DNA from: a virus
Length of the DNA: 64,000 nt
Strand: one strand, 5' to 3'
IMG/VR virus record: IMGVR_UViG_3300025280_000023
Coordinates: 32,001-96,000 of that record
Below the pieces are notes generated by a model that was given only the letters and a program-made list of their open reading frames with translations, was not told where the DNA came from and searched no databases. The position numbers and the translations under genes were made by a program. Positions 50,260-59,823 of this stretch are shown in pieces; position 1 is the stretch's first letter; every line of letters begins with the position of its first letter.

Positions 50260-52387
50260 CGGTTGGAAAAGCTTCATCAACGAAGCAAAGCAAGATAAGA
50301 AATTTATAAAGAAATTTAATATTACTGTCTTGCAAAAGAATACGCCGATGCCCGCAGAGGCAAACCCCAGGGAATACCATCAGCAGATCGCCCAGCAGGC
50401 AGAAGAAGGGCCAATGTTCAGTAAGGATATTCTTGAGATCATTGAAAACTTAGAAGACAGATTCTTTCCAAGAGAGAACAGAAAAGTATACACAAAGTGG
50501 CTTGCAAATATTGTTCGAGAACACCACGGAAGGGTAGGAGGATACCTTCACTACATGAAAGGACCGGAGGGTCTTCCCTATATAGTTGATTTTCTTAATG
50601 GAACCAGGGAATCAACGGAACCACTGTGGTCCCTGAATTGGGGCGGCATGAAGGCCGCCGCTGAAGACTGGCACGAACAGTTTAAAGGAGTCGAGGATAC
50701 CGGGCATTTTGAAAGCAAGAACGTTCTTCATGACTTTGGAAATGGGTATACAATAGTTGATGTGCCATCCGAAGACCTAGCGGCGGAAGGCAATAAGATG
50801 GGGCATTGTGTTGGTGGCTATTGTCCCGAGGTCGAGAAAGGCAAAATCAAGATCTACTCTCTTAGGGATCGCAATAACAATCCGCATGTGACAATAGAGT
50901 ACTCTCTTGAGGGCGATGGGATTTATCAAATTAAAGGTAAGGAGAACAAAGCTCCTCATGAAAAATATGCTAAAATGATTTATCCATGGATTATTGAAAA
51001 TTTTACCGCCGAGGAATACGCCGAAAGTGATGACTTTATAGCAATAATACCCACAGAAGAAATCAAGTCCTTTATGAGGTCCGGGAAGCTGTCGCTGCCA
51101 CGGGTTGCACGGATGGCGAGACAGGATGATGAATTAAATTCTTTGATTGTTGACACAATGATCAAACTTAAGCCCGTCGTCCAGGATAATACGCTTAAGC
51201 AGACTATAACGAATCTAAGATATAACAGTTCTTTTGACGACAAGCACCTTCTTAAACTTGTTGATACTATTGATGAAACAAAGGCTGATAAGAAGGATCT
51301 ATTCATACTTAGATTGGCCGATTGGCCGTCACTACCTATGGATGTTTTACTAAGGCTTTTTGAGAAAACAAAACATTATAGTGAATCTGGGCTTGGCGGC
51401 CCGAGCCGCCAGGGGCACGACTTATGGCGCACAATGATTAAAAACCTTTCAGAACGTAGTGACGCTCCGCCAGAATATTTGGAACAGATTTATGATATCG
51501 TACATCAGTTGCCTAATAATGCCTTTGGAAGCCGAGTAAGAGACAGGCTACTAAAAAACGAAACCACCCCCGACAGCGTGATTAAAAAACACTTAAGCCA
51601 GTTTATTGTAGGAAAAAAACTATTATACCATGCCGACTGGAACGACTGGCGGGGTATGGACAGTGAAAAGCGCACCGACTTATATGATAAGGGGGACCGA
51701 GCAGAGCGCACGTATCGTAGCTTATCTTCTAGAGAAAATACGGATCCGAGGGTGCTGGACTTGCTGCTAGTGACTGCGTTAGAGAAAGACAGGGCGTTAG
51801 ACGACTTTTTTAAAAAGGAAAAAGAAGAGCTTGGTGACGCTAGGATAGTGCAAGGCTCCCCATTGAGTATTGCCCTCCGGGAAAAAACCCGCAGCGCCGC
51901 TCAGTGGAAGATCGAGCTGTTTCGGAATCCCTCTCTCTCGGAGGCGAACAGGAAGATCTTAACTAATAATTTAGCCCCTTACGAAATTCAACTATTGGCT
52001 GGCTCCCTAGAAAGCTTCAAAGTGTCAGAAGATACGGCTGTCCGACTATTGGAAAAATCGCTCTCCGATTATATTGAATATTCTAAAGAGCTTGCAAATG
52101 CACGCACTAGAAAAGACCGTGTAGGAGAAAAGTTATCCAATTACAACTTGGGCGCGTTGGAGAGGGTTTTACAAGATATCCTCAACAGAAAAACCAGCAG
52201 GAAAAAAACAGAAGAATTCAATGATAAATTGTTGGCTGTGTCGTTAGACGACTCCCTGTGGGGTAGAGATCCAAACCACCGCGACATAAAAAGGCAGAGG
52301 AGGATTTTAAAGTCGTTCTATAATAAAAACAAAAACAATATAGAAAATTTTAGAAACCACTATTGGCCTGAAGAACAAGAAAAGTAA
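50252..52387 (+). CDS. PcfJ-like domain protein with helical-repeat C-terminus
   Basis: LAAEGNKMGHCVGGY, IYSLRD, PHVTIE, QIKGKEN; WKSFINE tag. Confidence 0.75.
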   Translation: MNSGWKSFINEAKQDKKFIKKFNITVLQKNTPMPAEANPREYHQQIAQQAEEGPMFSKDILEIIENLEDRFFPRENRKVYTKWLANIVREHHGRVGGYLHYMKGPEGLPYIVDFLNGTRESTEPLWSLNWGGMKAAAEDWHEQFKGVEDTGHFESKNVLHDFGNGYTIVDVPSEDLAAEGNKMGHCVGGYCPEVEKGKIKIYSLRDRNNNPHVTIEYSLEGDGIYQIKGKENKAPHEKYAKMIYPWIIENFTAEEYAESDDFIAIIPTEEIKSFMRSGKLSLPRVARMARQDDELNSLIVDTMIKLKPVVQDNTLKQTITNLRYNSSFDDKHLLKLVDTIDETKADKKDLFILRLADWPSLPMDVLLRLFEKTKHYSESGLGGPSRQGHDLWRTMIKNLSERSDAPPEYLEQIYDIVHQLPNNAFGSRVRDRLLKNETTPDSVIKKHLSQFIVGKKLLYHADWNDWRGMDSEKRTDLYDKGDRAERTYRSLSSRENTDPRVLDLLLVTALEKDRALDDFFKKEKEELGDARIVQGSPLSIALREKTRSAAQWKIELFRNPSLSEANRKILTNNLAPYEIQLLAGSLESFKVSEDTAVRLLEKSLSDYIEYSKELANARTRKDRVGEKLSNYNLGALERVLQDILNRKTSRKKTEEFNDKLLAVSLDDSLWGRDPNHRDIKRQRRILKSFYNKNKNNIENFRNHYWPEEQEK

Positions 52388-52389
52388 CA

Positions 52390-52986
52390 ATGAAGATAAC
52401 ATTGAATAAAAAGAACAGATCCCTATTAACCGAAGAGACCGAGGTACTCTGGGGATACAAAATACCCTCGCATAAAAAAACATTCATCTCTTCCGAACCC
52501 TACAAGGGATTTAGAGACATGGAGCAAGAGAAAAACCCATTTACTTCCGAAAGCAACAACAAACCCAGGGGCCTGTGGTATGCATGCGGAGATGACTGGG
52601 TGTCGTGGTTGCGATATTCGGGGATGGCGTCTTGGGTAGACGACGCCCACTACCTGTATGAAATAATTCCCGGAGATGATATCCTAAAGATCTCGTCGGG
52701 ACTAGGTTTGAGGTGGCTTGTAAAAAACTTCCAAGACCAGAATTATTCCGGGTGGAGGAAGCTCAATTGGAAAAAACTCCAGGACGCTGGTTATACCGGA
52801 ATAGAAATCTGCCCTTATAGCAAAGAATGGGAGTTCCAAGAGATCGATGGCAAGAACAGAATGATTCCTGGTCTCTGGTTTGGCGACTGGGATGTGGCCT
52901 CTGGGTGCATTTGGGATAAAAGAGGTATAAAAGACATCAAACTACTTAAGGCAAGGGGCGAGTTTCCAGATGAAGCTGATGATTGA
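52390..52986 (+). CDS. Hypothetical protein with N-tag MKITL...LLTE
   Basis: Trp-rich KPRGLWYACG...WDVASGCIWD. Confidence 0.75.
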   Translation: MKITLNKKNRSLLTEETEVLWGYKIPSHKKTFISSEPYKGFRDMEQEKNPFTSESNNKPRGLWYACGDDWVSWLRYSGMASWVDDAHYLYEIIPGDDILKISSGLGLRWLVKNFQDQNYSGWRKLNWKKLQDAGYTGIEICPYSKEWEFQEIDGKNRMIPGLWFGDWDVASGCIWDKRGIKDIKLLKARGEFPDEADD

Positions 52987-53278
52987 AAAATGGAGAAAGC
53001 ACATAGTGGAACTAACACAGTTTGAAATATCGGACTACACGGATCCAGAGTCTGAAGTTAATCTTTTTAAGAACAGGCTGGGAACCGCTCAGCGCCTTGG
53101 CAAGGTCTTGGTAATGCAAAATAACATGAAAGAGAGTTTCAAAGTACTTTATAAGGCCCCATATTGGCTAATAATACGCAATGGACAGTTAGCTGAAACA
53201 CTAAAGGACGTTCCAGATGTGGTTGATTATCTGGCCGGTGAACATGTTCTTTTCGACACAGTGGAAATTATAGAATGA
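52970..53278 (+). CDS. Hypothetical protein with N-tag MKLMIEKWRKHIVE
   Basis: Tag motif; operon overlap. Confidence 0.7.
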   Translation: MKLMIEKWRKHIVELTQFEISDYTDPESEVNLFKNRLGTAQRLGKVLVMQNNMKESFKVLYKAPYWLIIRNGQLAETLKDVPDVVDYLAGEHVLFDTVEIIE

Positions 53279-54051
53279 AATTACTATTTGAAAAATTCGA
53301 TAGATTTTTAGCGTCCGTCCCCGGCAAGGATCTCGAAGGCAAAACCATTGTTTTATTTGGAGATTCCCAGATGATAGGCGCCCCCAAAGAAGGCAGAGAT
53401 TATGCGCATCAGGCGCGAGTATTCGGCGTCCCGAAGACATTCAACTTCAGGAAAAAGGAAGGCTGGGTACGAAATGAGCATATGGGATCGAAGCTAGAAT
53501 CCCTACTAAGGGCCCGTGGCGCTAATGTAATTAGAATTGCTAAGGGCGGGACAGGCTCTAGGTTTTGGAATAAAACCCTCACTAACCGGACGGCGGAGTA
53601 CCTTAAGACGTTAAAACCAGATCAGGTTATTATAAGCTTAGGTGAGAATGACTCTTGGCGTGGTGGTTATGGCAGAGATCAAAAACATATGACAAATTTT
53701 TTCAAAGACAACGCCCTGCCTCTTATGCAAAAATTAAAATCTATTTCTCCTAACGTCACATGGTTTGGACCAGCGCACAGACATAGTTCAACAAGTGGAG
53801 AAAAGGGCCTCAAAGTTAAGCGTGGAAGATTCGAAACAGATCGCCACCTGAGTGAATTCGGAAAGCAGGCAGGAGTTAACTATGTCTCAATGTTGGATTG
53901 GCCAGAAAGGGAACCGACGTTCCAGGGCCTGAGACCCAAAGAGATCCGGTATGATAAGATTCACTATAGAGGGCCAGCGGCTCAAGCATACGCCGATGAG
54001 ATTAATCGAAACATTGCGCCAATTAAACCTTTGGACTCTACACTAGAATAA
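53275..54051 (+). CDS. SGNH/GDSL hydrolase with N-tag MKLLFEKFDRFL
   Basis: FGDS, GG, LGEND, DKIH catalytic blocks. Confidence 0.85.
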   Translation: MKLLFEKFDRFLASVPGKDLEGKTIVLFGDSQMIGAPKEGRDYAHQARVFGVPKTFNFRKKEGWVRNEHMGSKLESLLRARGANVIRIAKGGTGSRFWNKTLTNRTAEYLKTLKPDQVIISLGENDSWRGGYGRDQKHMTNFFKDNALPLMQKLKSISPNVTWFGPAHRHSSTSGEKGLKVKRGRFETDRHLSEFGKQAGVNYVSMLDWPEREPTFQGLRPKEIRYDKIHYRGPAAQAYADEINRNIAPIKPLDSTLE

Positions 54052-54119
54052 TATTTATTTCTAGCGCTCTTCGTGCATTTCATGGTATTAAAGGATAATA
54101 ATAAATCCTGGAAAATATT

Positions 54120-54227
54120 ATGGAATTTGAATTGTGGATGTTATTAGAGTTGTGCAAAGTAATGACCTTATCTTTGATTATTGCCATTATAGCGAATGCT
54201 TTAATCCCTCAACAAAACAATGATTAG
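54120..54227 (+). CDS. Possible small membrane peptide (35 aa)
   Basis: Hydrophobic ORF overlapping the next start. Confidence 0.35.
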   Translation: MEFELWMLLELCKVMTLSLIIAIIANALIPQQNND

Positions 54228-54360
54228 AAATGCCATAAAAGAAATACTGATTGGATGTGTATTAATAGCAATGTTTACCCTACTTATGAGAACTTGCGTG
54301 TTTATGGCTTATGAGCATGTAGATAAAACAGCAGAAGCTTTTATAATCAAAGGAGAATAA
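54220..54360 (+). CDS. Possible small membrane protein (46 aa)
   Basis: Hydrophobic ORF ending 1 nt before the next start. Confidence 0.45.
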   Translation: MIRNAIKEILIGCVLIAMFTLLMRTCVFMAYEHVDKTAEAFIIKGE

Positions 54361-54361
54361 A

Positions 54362-54865
54362 GTGAGAGTTTTAAGAAATATTATACTGGCGGCCTTTCTT
54401 ATGGGAACGCTGTCATTTACTGTCAATGCGGAGTATTCGGTCGGCTTTGCGGCGGGCGGCACACGAGGTGCTGGCGCTACTTTTAGAAGCCTGCCAGAAG
54501 ACACCTCCTGGGGATGGCAAGTAACTGGGCTTCCTCTGGTTCATCCGGACGGCGGAGTAGTGTCCCTGGGCGCACAAGCTGTCTACGTACTGCACAAAAG
54601 CCAGACAGGCATGGCTTACGCCACTCTTGGCGGGGGGACAGTAGCAATGTGGGACAACTGCACAGAGGAAGATTCAAAAGATGATATCTTTTGCGAAGAT
54701 GAAAGTAACTGGGGTGTTGGCCTGGGACCGGGCTTAGGATTTGAACTAAGAATGGTAGACAACCTTGCGTTTGCACTAGATGTGCCGTTGGCAGTTCTGT
54801 TTGTCAATGAAGAGTTTCATGGTATCCTTCCGGTTCCCAATCTATCATTGATGTATTATTGGTAA
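54362..54865 (+). CDS. Outer-membrane beta-barrel protein
   Basis: Signal peptide (VNA), amphipathic beta strands, C-terminal LMYYW BAM-type signal; AGGAG SD. Confidence 0.75.
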   Translation: MRVLRNIILAAFLMGTLSFTVNAEYSVGFAAGGTRGAGATFRSLPEDTSWGWQVTGLPLVHPDGGVVSLGAQAVYVLHKSQTGMAYATLGGGTVAMWDNCTEEDSKDDIFCEDESNWGVGLGPGLGFELRMVDNLAFALDVPLAVLFVNEEFHGILPVPNLSLMYYW

Positions 54866-54869
54866 GAAC

Positions 54870-55484
54870 TTACTTCTTAGGACGTCTTAAAAGGAACCTC
54901 TTTTTGGGTTTCTTTTGTTCGTTAACATATCCACCAAAGTCGTCGTGGTCCATTTCATTCGTATAGAACTCTGCGGCTTTGCGACGCTCTTGTGTTCTTC
55001 GTTCTTCTTCGGCATCTTCGAGAGAATTAAACCAATCTTCACTCTGGCCGTCGGCGTCGATTTTGCCTGTTCTAGAATGAAGGTCCCACAAAGAGATCCC
55101 AAGATCTTGAGCCCAGCTTGTGTCTGACTCGCCCTCTCGGCGTGTAGAGTATGGCTTGCCTTGCCACTTAAACTTTGCTTGGCCTCTCTCCCTGGCCAAG
55201 CTGTAGGCGTCGTCGAAATTACCCACAACGTCCTTGTCGGGCGCTACGGTCTGCTGAATTTCAGGAGGTGCCACGCTGCGGGCTCCGGCCTCTTCACCGG
55301 TTGGCAGTGTCATGGGTCCTGCTGTTAGCTCGTCTTCTCTGGCATACGCGGGCTCTTCCAAGCCACAGCCACCGTCTCTACCAAAGGCGGATTCCCCAGT
55401 GCCGTGGCCGCCACCGTCTTCGTCGTCTCGTGTATACATTATATAACGAGCCCAATTTTCTAGCAAGGGCTTCATTTTGCTCAT
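54870..55484 (-). CDS. Hypothetical protein with N-tag MKPLLENWARY
   Basis: CTATTTAT 3 nt upstream; FDDAYSLARERGQAKFKWQGKPYST module. Confidence 0.75.
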   Translation of the reverse strand: MSKMKPLLENWARYIMYTRDDEDGGGHGTGESAFGRDGGCGLEEPAYAREDELTAGPMTLPTGEEAGARSVAPPEIQQTVAPDKDVVGNFDDAYSLARERGQAKFKWQGKPYSTRREGESDTSWAQDLGISLWDLHSRTGKIDADGQSEDWFNSLEDAEEERRTQERRKAAEFYTNEMDHDDFGGYVNEQKKPKKRFLLRRPKK

Positions 55485-55526
55485 GACATAAATAGGGTAT
55501 AACAAAAAGAAAAAGCTATATATTAT

Positions 55527-55946
55527 ATGAAGTTAATACCAAGAATAAAATATATATCCGTCGTGCTTTTAATGTTTTTAATAGCGGCGTGCTCCTCCGT
55601 GTGTCCCGAAGTAACGGGCACTACCTACATTAAAGAGTATCCTGTCGTTCTCTATTCTGCTTCTTGGTGTCACTGGTGTGGCGTAGCAAAAGAATTCCTT
55701 GATGACAATGAGATTGCCTATATCGAAAGAAACCTTGAAGATCCTAAAGAATACAAAAAACTTAAAGAAGTAGCCAAGGAGTTACAGTATGGGGGATCGC
55801 TAAATGTTGTTCCAATTTTTATTGTAAGGAACAGGATAATAACAGGCTTCAGACCAGAAAAGATTCTGTATATTTTAGATAAAACCAACGGGGTCGTAAA
55901 GAAGCTGACCAATCATGAATCTCCCAGAAGTATTATTTTTAAATGA
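55527..55946 (+). CDS. Glutaredoxin-like lipoprotein
   Basis: IAAC lipobox; WCHWC active site; VVP cis-Pro; GF. Confidence 0.8.
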   Translation: MKLIPRIKYISVVLLMFLIAACSSVCPEVTGTTYIKEYPVVLYSASWCHWCGVAKEFLDDNEIAYIERNLEDPKEYKKLKEVAKELQYGGSLNVVPIFIVRNRIITGFRPEKILYILDKTNGVVKKLTNHESPRSIIFK

Positions 55947-56095
55947 AAATAGATATAAAAACGCTGATTTCACTCTTTGCGATGGTTGCTGCCTTGAGTG
56001 GCATATGGTATACTACACAAGATAGGCTACACCATTTAGAAGAAGATGTTACACAATTGCAAAAACAGGTTAACCGTTTACTTAGAACACGATGA
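55943..56095 (+). CDS. Small membrane-anchored coiled-coil protein (50 aa)
   Basis: ATGA overlaps at both ends. Confidence 0.7.
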   Translation: MKIDIKTLISLFAMVAALSGIWYTTQDRLHHLEEDVTQLQKQVNRLLRTR

Positions 56096-58242
56096 AACAC
56101 TTACTTAAAAATTGGCATGAGTACTCAAGCAAGTCCGTAAGCCAGATCCTTGAAGAAGGACAAGCGGAGAACTTAATAAAAAAGTTTCCCGAGCTTGAAC
56201 TGGCATATGAGGAAGGGATCAAAAATCCCCAGTATTTGATGTGGATTGCAAAGCGCCGTGGTGGAGAGCCCGTGATGGATATCGTTGATATCATTAGGGT
56301 TTTTGATAAAAACAAAAACAGAATAAAACAGAAGGGGTTGAGTCCGGACATTTATTCATACAAAACTCCCGGCTCTCTCAGGACTATGCTTGAGGAACTA
56401 GGCGGCTCAAAATCCAAAGAAAGACGCAGACTCAAAGAAGAAGAAACAACCCATCTTGGTGAGTTTGGCCCATGGGTGGTTGTGATGCCACACACCAAGG
56501 AAAGTAGCTGTCAGCTTGGAAAAGGGACCACTTGGTGTACAGCCGCCACTGAAACACAAAATCTTTTCTTGAGTTATGTAGGCAGGAAAGAACATGATAT
56601 CGTCCTTTATTATATAATAGAGCGTGGTCAAGATCCCAGGAAGAACCCAGATGCCAAGCTGTCCGTTGGATTCATCAACGGAGAACCAAGGCTAGAAGGT
56701 GAGCATGGGGGCGTTTCTGTAAATGCCGCTAACGATGGCCTACAAAAATCAGACTTGCAAAGAATCCTAGTAGATAGATTCCCGCCCATAATGGATGCAA
56801 TGCGTGCACACGCAAAATCCATTAAGGGTCTGCATCCAGCCAAGAAGCAAGTACGAGATGCTGCCAAAAATGTTCAATTATATCAAGAAGTTATAAAGAA
56901 CCTCGAAGGCGACGAAAAGTTTGATATGATCAAACAAGTCTTAAAATATGAGCCGGCACAGGAAGTAATGTCCGCGATGTTTGATGATCTCTTTACAAGC
57001 GTATCGGATATAAGAGAGAGTATAGGTGCCTACGGACAATCGCGTGGTATTGTATATAACAAAATCGCTGGAGCAGTTCCGAAGAAGACCGAGGAGTTTA
57101 TGTTTCCGGAAAAGTTATTCAATGATAAGGAATACTTTAGATGGAACCAGGACGATGTTCGCGTTGTTCTCGGATCTATGCTTGCGTCCCAAAGACCACT
57201 TGAATACGCCTTCCCGGTTTCATTCTTAAGAAAAGCATATGACTTTACAAGGATAGAACCAGACGAGTCGGGTATTGTATTTAGATATGTAGCCCAAGAG
57301 GTTGTTGCCTCACCAAGCGTAACCCCCGAGTTGCAGAAAGCGATCCTGGACGATAGCTTTCACAGGGCGCAGCATGGTAATAATATGTATCGCTTTGGGA
57401 CGCACAGTGAAATTGCCAAGGTTATCGTTAAAAAGCCCGGAACCCCCATCGAACTAATCATAGACGCCTGCAAAAAGAACCCGACAGAGTATACACTTAA
57501 TGGCGCTATAAACAATTTATACGGAACTGGACGAGTCCAGAATGATAAGCCCCGAATTGAAGATTTGCGAAAATTTGTTTCGGAGGATTGGTCAGAAATA
57601 GTGTACGATGGCGACCATATGTACAGGATGGCAAGGGCACTGTTCCTCGGAAAACAAGATTTAATGACACCCGAATTGCTCAACGATATCTATAGTATGA
57701 TAAAGCAATGGTACGGTGCACAGACGTATGCGCCAGCGAAAACGAAAAAAGTCCTTTCTGAGCTAGTCGCTTCGATGATTAGGGAATACGAATCCCGACC
57801 CTCTAACCTGGGGGTTATAAAAAGAATCATTAACGACATTGAGGGCATGGAACACGACCTCTCTCATGGCACTCTCAATAGGTTACGGAGACTAGCTGGC
57901 CTGAAACAAAAACCAGATGATGTTTTCCATTTTAGGAGATACAAAAACGTAGAAGATGTAAAAGACGATTATGCAGCTTGGGCCCTAATACGACAAGACC
58001 AAATGGAGAAGTATTTATTCCCATTAGTTGAAGTAATAGTTGAAGAGAATACCGAAGCGCACCCAACCTGGGTATCCAAAGAAGTCCCGCTGATATCAGA
58101 CTTTTTTGATGCCGATAAAAGCTATCCCAAGGAACACCAAATATACATGAATATGACACCCGAAGAGCGTATAGCCGCTGTTCGACTCACCATGTACATG
58201 CAAGGAACACTTAGGATTAACCCGCAGGGGTATGTAGAATGA
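56092..58242 (+). CDS. Large protein with N-tag MKHLLKNWHEY and a PcfJ-related domain
   Basis: PHTKESSCQLGKGTTWCTA...LYYI motif; helical C-terminus. Confidence 0.75.
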   Translation: MKHLLKNWHEYSSKSVSQILEEGQAENLIKKFPELELAYEEGIKNPQYLMWIAKRRGGEPVMDIVDIIRVFDKNKNRIKQKGLSPDIYSYKTPGSLRTMLEELGGSKSKERRRLKEEETTHLGEFGPWVVVMPHTKESSCQLGKGTTWCTAATETQNLFLSYVGRKEHDIVLYYIIERGQDPRKNPDAKLSVGFINGEPRLEGEHGGVSVNAANDGLQKSDLQRILVDRFPPIMDAMRAHAKSIKGLHPAKKQVRDAAKNVQLYQEVIKNLEGDEKFDMIKQVLKYEPAQEVMSAMFDDLFTSVSDIRESIGAYGQSRGIVYNKIAGAVPKKTEEFMFPEKLFNDKEYFRWNQDDVRVVLGSMLASQRPLEYAFPVSFLRKAYDFTRIEPDESGIVFRYVAQEVVASPSVTPELQKAILDDSFHRAQHGNNMYRFGTHSEIAKVIVKKPGTPIELIIDACKKNPTEYTLNGAINNLYGTGRVQNDKPRIEDLRKFVSEDWSEIVYDGDHMYRMARALFLGKQDLMTPELLNDIYSMIKQWYGAQTYAPAKTKKVLSELVASMIREYESRPSNLGVIKRIINDIEGMEHDLSHGTLNRLRRLAGLKQKPDDVFHFRRYKNVEDVKDDYAAWALIRQDQMEKYLFPLVEVIVEENTEAHPTWVSKEVPLISDFFDADKSYPKEHQIYMNMTPEERIAAVRLTMYMQGTLRINPQGYVE

Positions 58243-58580
58243 TTATAATAGAGAACAGCAGGATACCGGGGTGGTTATCAAAAATAGCGCCAATAGACAT
58301 AAGGGCCGTAACCATTTGGCCGTTTGTCCTATCTAAAGAGCCAATGGACACCAGAACGAAGCAACACGAAATGATTCATGTGGCCCAGCAAAAGGAACTC
58401 TTGGCAATCCCGTTCTTTCTTTTATACGGGATATTCTGGTTGATTGGGTTAGTCAGGTATGGAGACGGACACGTTGCGTACAGAAGGATCCCCTTCGAGC
58501 AAGAGGCATACGCAAACGAAATGAAAGAAGATTATCTGGGATATCGTAAGGCGTACAACTGGATTAAATATAAAATATGA
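58239..58580 (+). CDS. Membrane-associated zincin-like protein
   Basis: HEMIHVAQ, hydrophobic helix, AYRRIPFEQEAY. Confidence 0.75.
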   Translation: MIIIENSRIPGWLSKIAPIDIRAVTIWPFVLSKEPMDTRTKQHEMIHVAQQKELLAIPFFLLYGIFWLIGLVRYGDGHVAYRRIPFEQEAYANEMKEDYLGYRKAYNWIKYKI

Positions 58581-59209
58581 AACTCCTACTTGAAAACTGG
58601 CGCGCGTTTTTGACAGAAGGTAAAAAAGTAAAGTACTATAGAGCCCAGCCAGCGTCCACTGATGTCATCAGGACAAATGATTATATAACTATGTCTAGAA
58701 GGTTTGCTATCGATCACGCAACAACGTCAGCAACGTTTCACGATGAAAACTTCCACGTTGTCTTTACACTGATTAATCAGGACGATGTTAAAGAGGCAGA
58801 TAATCCCGGCGAGTATCGTTATACCGGGAGGCCTCTGAAGGCGGTGCCAGTGTTGATGGCGGCCCCAGACGGAGATGTAAAGCCCATCAAAGTTAGATTG
58901 GAAGAACTCCACTATCCACTGGCTGATCGCAATGAGTGGTATGGGGACGCAGACTATAAAGCCAGAGGCGGCCACATGGCCAATATGACCCCAGATGAAT
59001 ACCTAAGAAGGGTCAGGCCACTAGACGTAGATGAGGTGGCAAGAGAAAATATCGATGACCTAAAGAACCATATCCTATCCGGTCGGACCCTAGATCCCCT
59101 AGCTATCTACGAAGATGGAAAAGAGGACGGGAGACACAGAGCACACGCAGCCAAAGAGTTGGGCATCAAGCAAGTTCCAGTAATTCTTTTCGAGAACCAA
59201 AGCAAGTGA
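58577..59209 (+). CDS. Tagged two-domain protein: ADP-ribosyltransferase-like plus ParB/Srx-like
   Basis: MKLLLENWRAFLTE; YYRA...DYITMSRRFA...GEY; DGRHRAHAAKELGIKQVPV. Confidence 0.6.
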   Translation: MKLLLENWRAFLTEGKKVKYYRAQPASTDVIRTNDYITMSRRFAIDHATTSATFHDENFHVVFTLINQDDVKEADNPGEYRYTGRPLKAVPVLMAAPDGDVKPIKVRLEELHYPLADRNEWYGDADYKARGGHMANMTPDEYLRRVRPLDVDEVARENIDDLKNHILSGRTLDPLAIYEDGKEDGRHRAHAAKELGIKQVPVILFENQSK

Positions 59210-59308
59210 ACAAAGTACAAGGCCTTGCTTGACTATTATCAGCTTACGTTGACCATTGTCAAATTACTCTAAAAGCTTGTAATATAAACAAAATTATACT
59301 ATTTATAG

Positions 59309-59436
59309 GTGTCCCCTAAGGTAGGATAATCCATGGGGGACACTGGGAGAAGTTTCCAAGGCTCCACGGCAGACACGCTAGGGTAGCCCATGAAACGCCC
59401 TAGCCCGCCGAAAGTTTGCCGTGGAGCCTCTTTTTA
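59309..59436 (+). ncRNA. Candidate small structured RNA (~125 nt)
   Basis: Begins just after CTATTTAT; three stems including a 15-bp helix; ends in a T-run. Confidence 0.5.
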
Positions 59437-59506
59437 TATAGTTCCCACGTTGGGAAGCTTGCCTTACCCTGCCTCGCGAGTTGTAACCAAAGGCCAGGTG
59501 CGCAAA

Positions 59507-59818
59507 CTACAGGTGGCTTATATCGTCAGGGTCCATCATGCGAGCCAGATATTCCCAGTAGTCAAAATACAGGTCCTCAAGCTCATCTAGGTTCATCACG
59601 CGGTTCCCCTTCTGGGACTCGCTTTGCAGGTGCTTAATAAATAACTTCTTAGAAGAATCACCACCCTTACCAGGACCAGCGTTTGCAAACGGAGGCAGAG
59701 GGTGGTCGTAAGGAACCTCATCAAGAAACTGCAAAACATCATCCCGCGTTAGGCCCTCACGCACCAACCTCTTGGTTGCATGGTGAAAACCTTCCATAAT
59801 AAGCTTCATATCACGCAT
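59507..59818 (-). CDS. Hypothetical protein with N-tag MRDMKLIMEGF
   Basis: Tag shared with the upstream gene. Confidence 0.7.
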   Translation of the reverse strand: MRDMKLIMEGFHHATKRLVREGLTRDDVLQFLDEVPYDHPLPPFANAGPGKGGDSSKKLFIKHLQSESQKGNRVMNLDELEDLYFDYWEYLARMMDPDDISHL

Positions 59819-59823
59819 GTTAT

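Noticed and set aside
59360-59428. Hammerhead, twister or pistol ribozyme
   Set aside because: GAAA is present but CUGANGA and the other catalytic consensus elements are not
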